Source: Kipferlia bialata (taxonomy: Eukaryota). From it: a stretch of DNA of 35,411 bases. Each line of letters begins with the position of its first letter. The first letter of the stretch is position 1. The stretch spans positions 10,951 to 46,361 of the forward strand of contig BDIP01000019.1 of the NCBI GenBank assembly GCA_003568945.1, written 5' to 3'. This document shows, piece by piece, positions 34,940 to 35,411 of this stretch. The notes under the pieces are model-generated. The model was not told where the DNA came from. It did no database searches and worked only from the letters and a program-made list of their open reading frames with translations. The position numbers were made by a program, and so were the translations under genes.

Positions 34940-35316
34940 CGTGCTCGATGTGGACACTCTGGAGGAGGTCATCCTGTCCCACAGGCCACTCCCTACCCCA
35001 TCACCCATGGGGGACCCATACAGGCTGGCGGACTACTGGACACTCGAGGGGTGTGAGACAGGTGGGCACATTGCATGATACTCAGAGTGTCTCATATGTC
35101 TCTCTGCACCATTCTGGACGTCCAACTTCATTCTACCACTCACGCTACATGTTGTGAAACCTACTTGTACGGTGGCTGTTTTTCAGACACCCCCACCCCC
35201 TCTCCCCATACACACTCACATTCCCTCTCCCTCTGTCACTCACCTAAAGGTGGCCGTACCTACTTCCGTCGTGTGTCCCATGTGGAGTGCAGACTGCACC
35301 TGGTGCAGCCATCGAG
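34935..35316 (+). CDS. First two exons of an unidentified gene (3' partial)
   Basis: Exons 34935-35061 and 35250-35316 join in phase: MDVLDVDTLEEVILSHRPLP...EGCET|GGRTYFRRVSHVECRLHLVQPS. Uses an AAG acceptor. Confidence 0.55.
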
Positions 35317-35375
35317 GTACATACATACGCATTCATATATATAGGAATAGCAGATATAGTCTCTCTCTCTCTCTC

Positions 35376-35411
<36 letters not shown>

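Overview
Intron-dense eukaryotic genomic DNA using the standard code (mostly TAG stops). Introns are short GT-AG with a fused branch/acceptor motif (YTRAC-CCCCAG-like) and carry microsatellites. The style resembles a free-living fornicate protist such as Kipferlia, but this is an unverified inference. The supplied ORFs mostly read through introns, so I spliced genes by hand. They are: a BRE1-like RING E3 ligase, a 4-TM protein, a TVP38/TMEM64 (VTT) protein, the beta-COP C-terminus, a bacterial-type arylsulfate sulfotransferase with at least 26 exons, a classical PTP, a CH-CH-(PH-like) protein, a DYRKP-type kinase, a type I membrane protein with CUB-like ectodomain, and several unknowns. The most striking feature is that many longer introns are concatemers of roughly 65-145 nt units, each carrying an 'echo' of the adjacent splice junction (splice site plus 10-45 nt of exon). 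Several echoes form AG|GT sites that split the intron into complete GT-AG sub-introns, suggesting recursive splicing or intron birth by tandem duplication. There is also a candidate GA-AG intron, and three junctions where two 5'-truncated genes abut head to head (probable misjoins).
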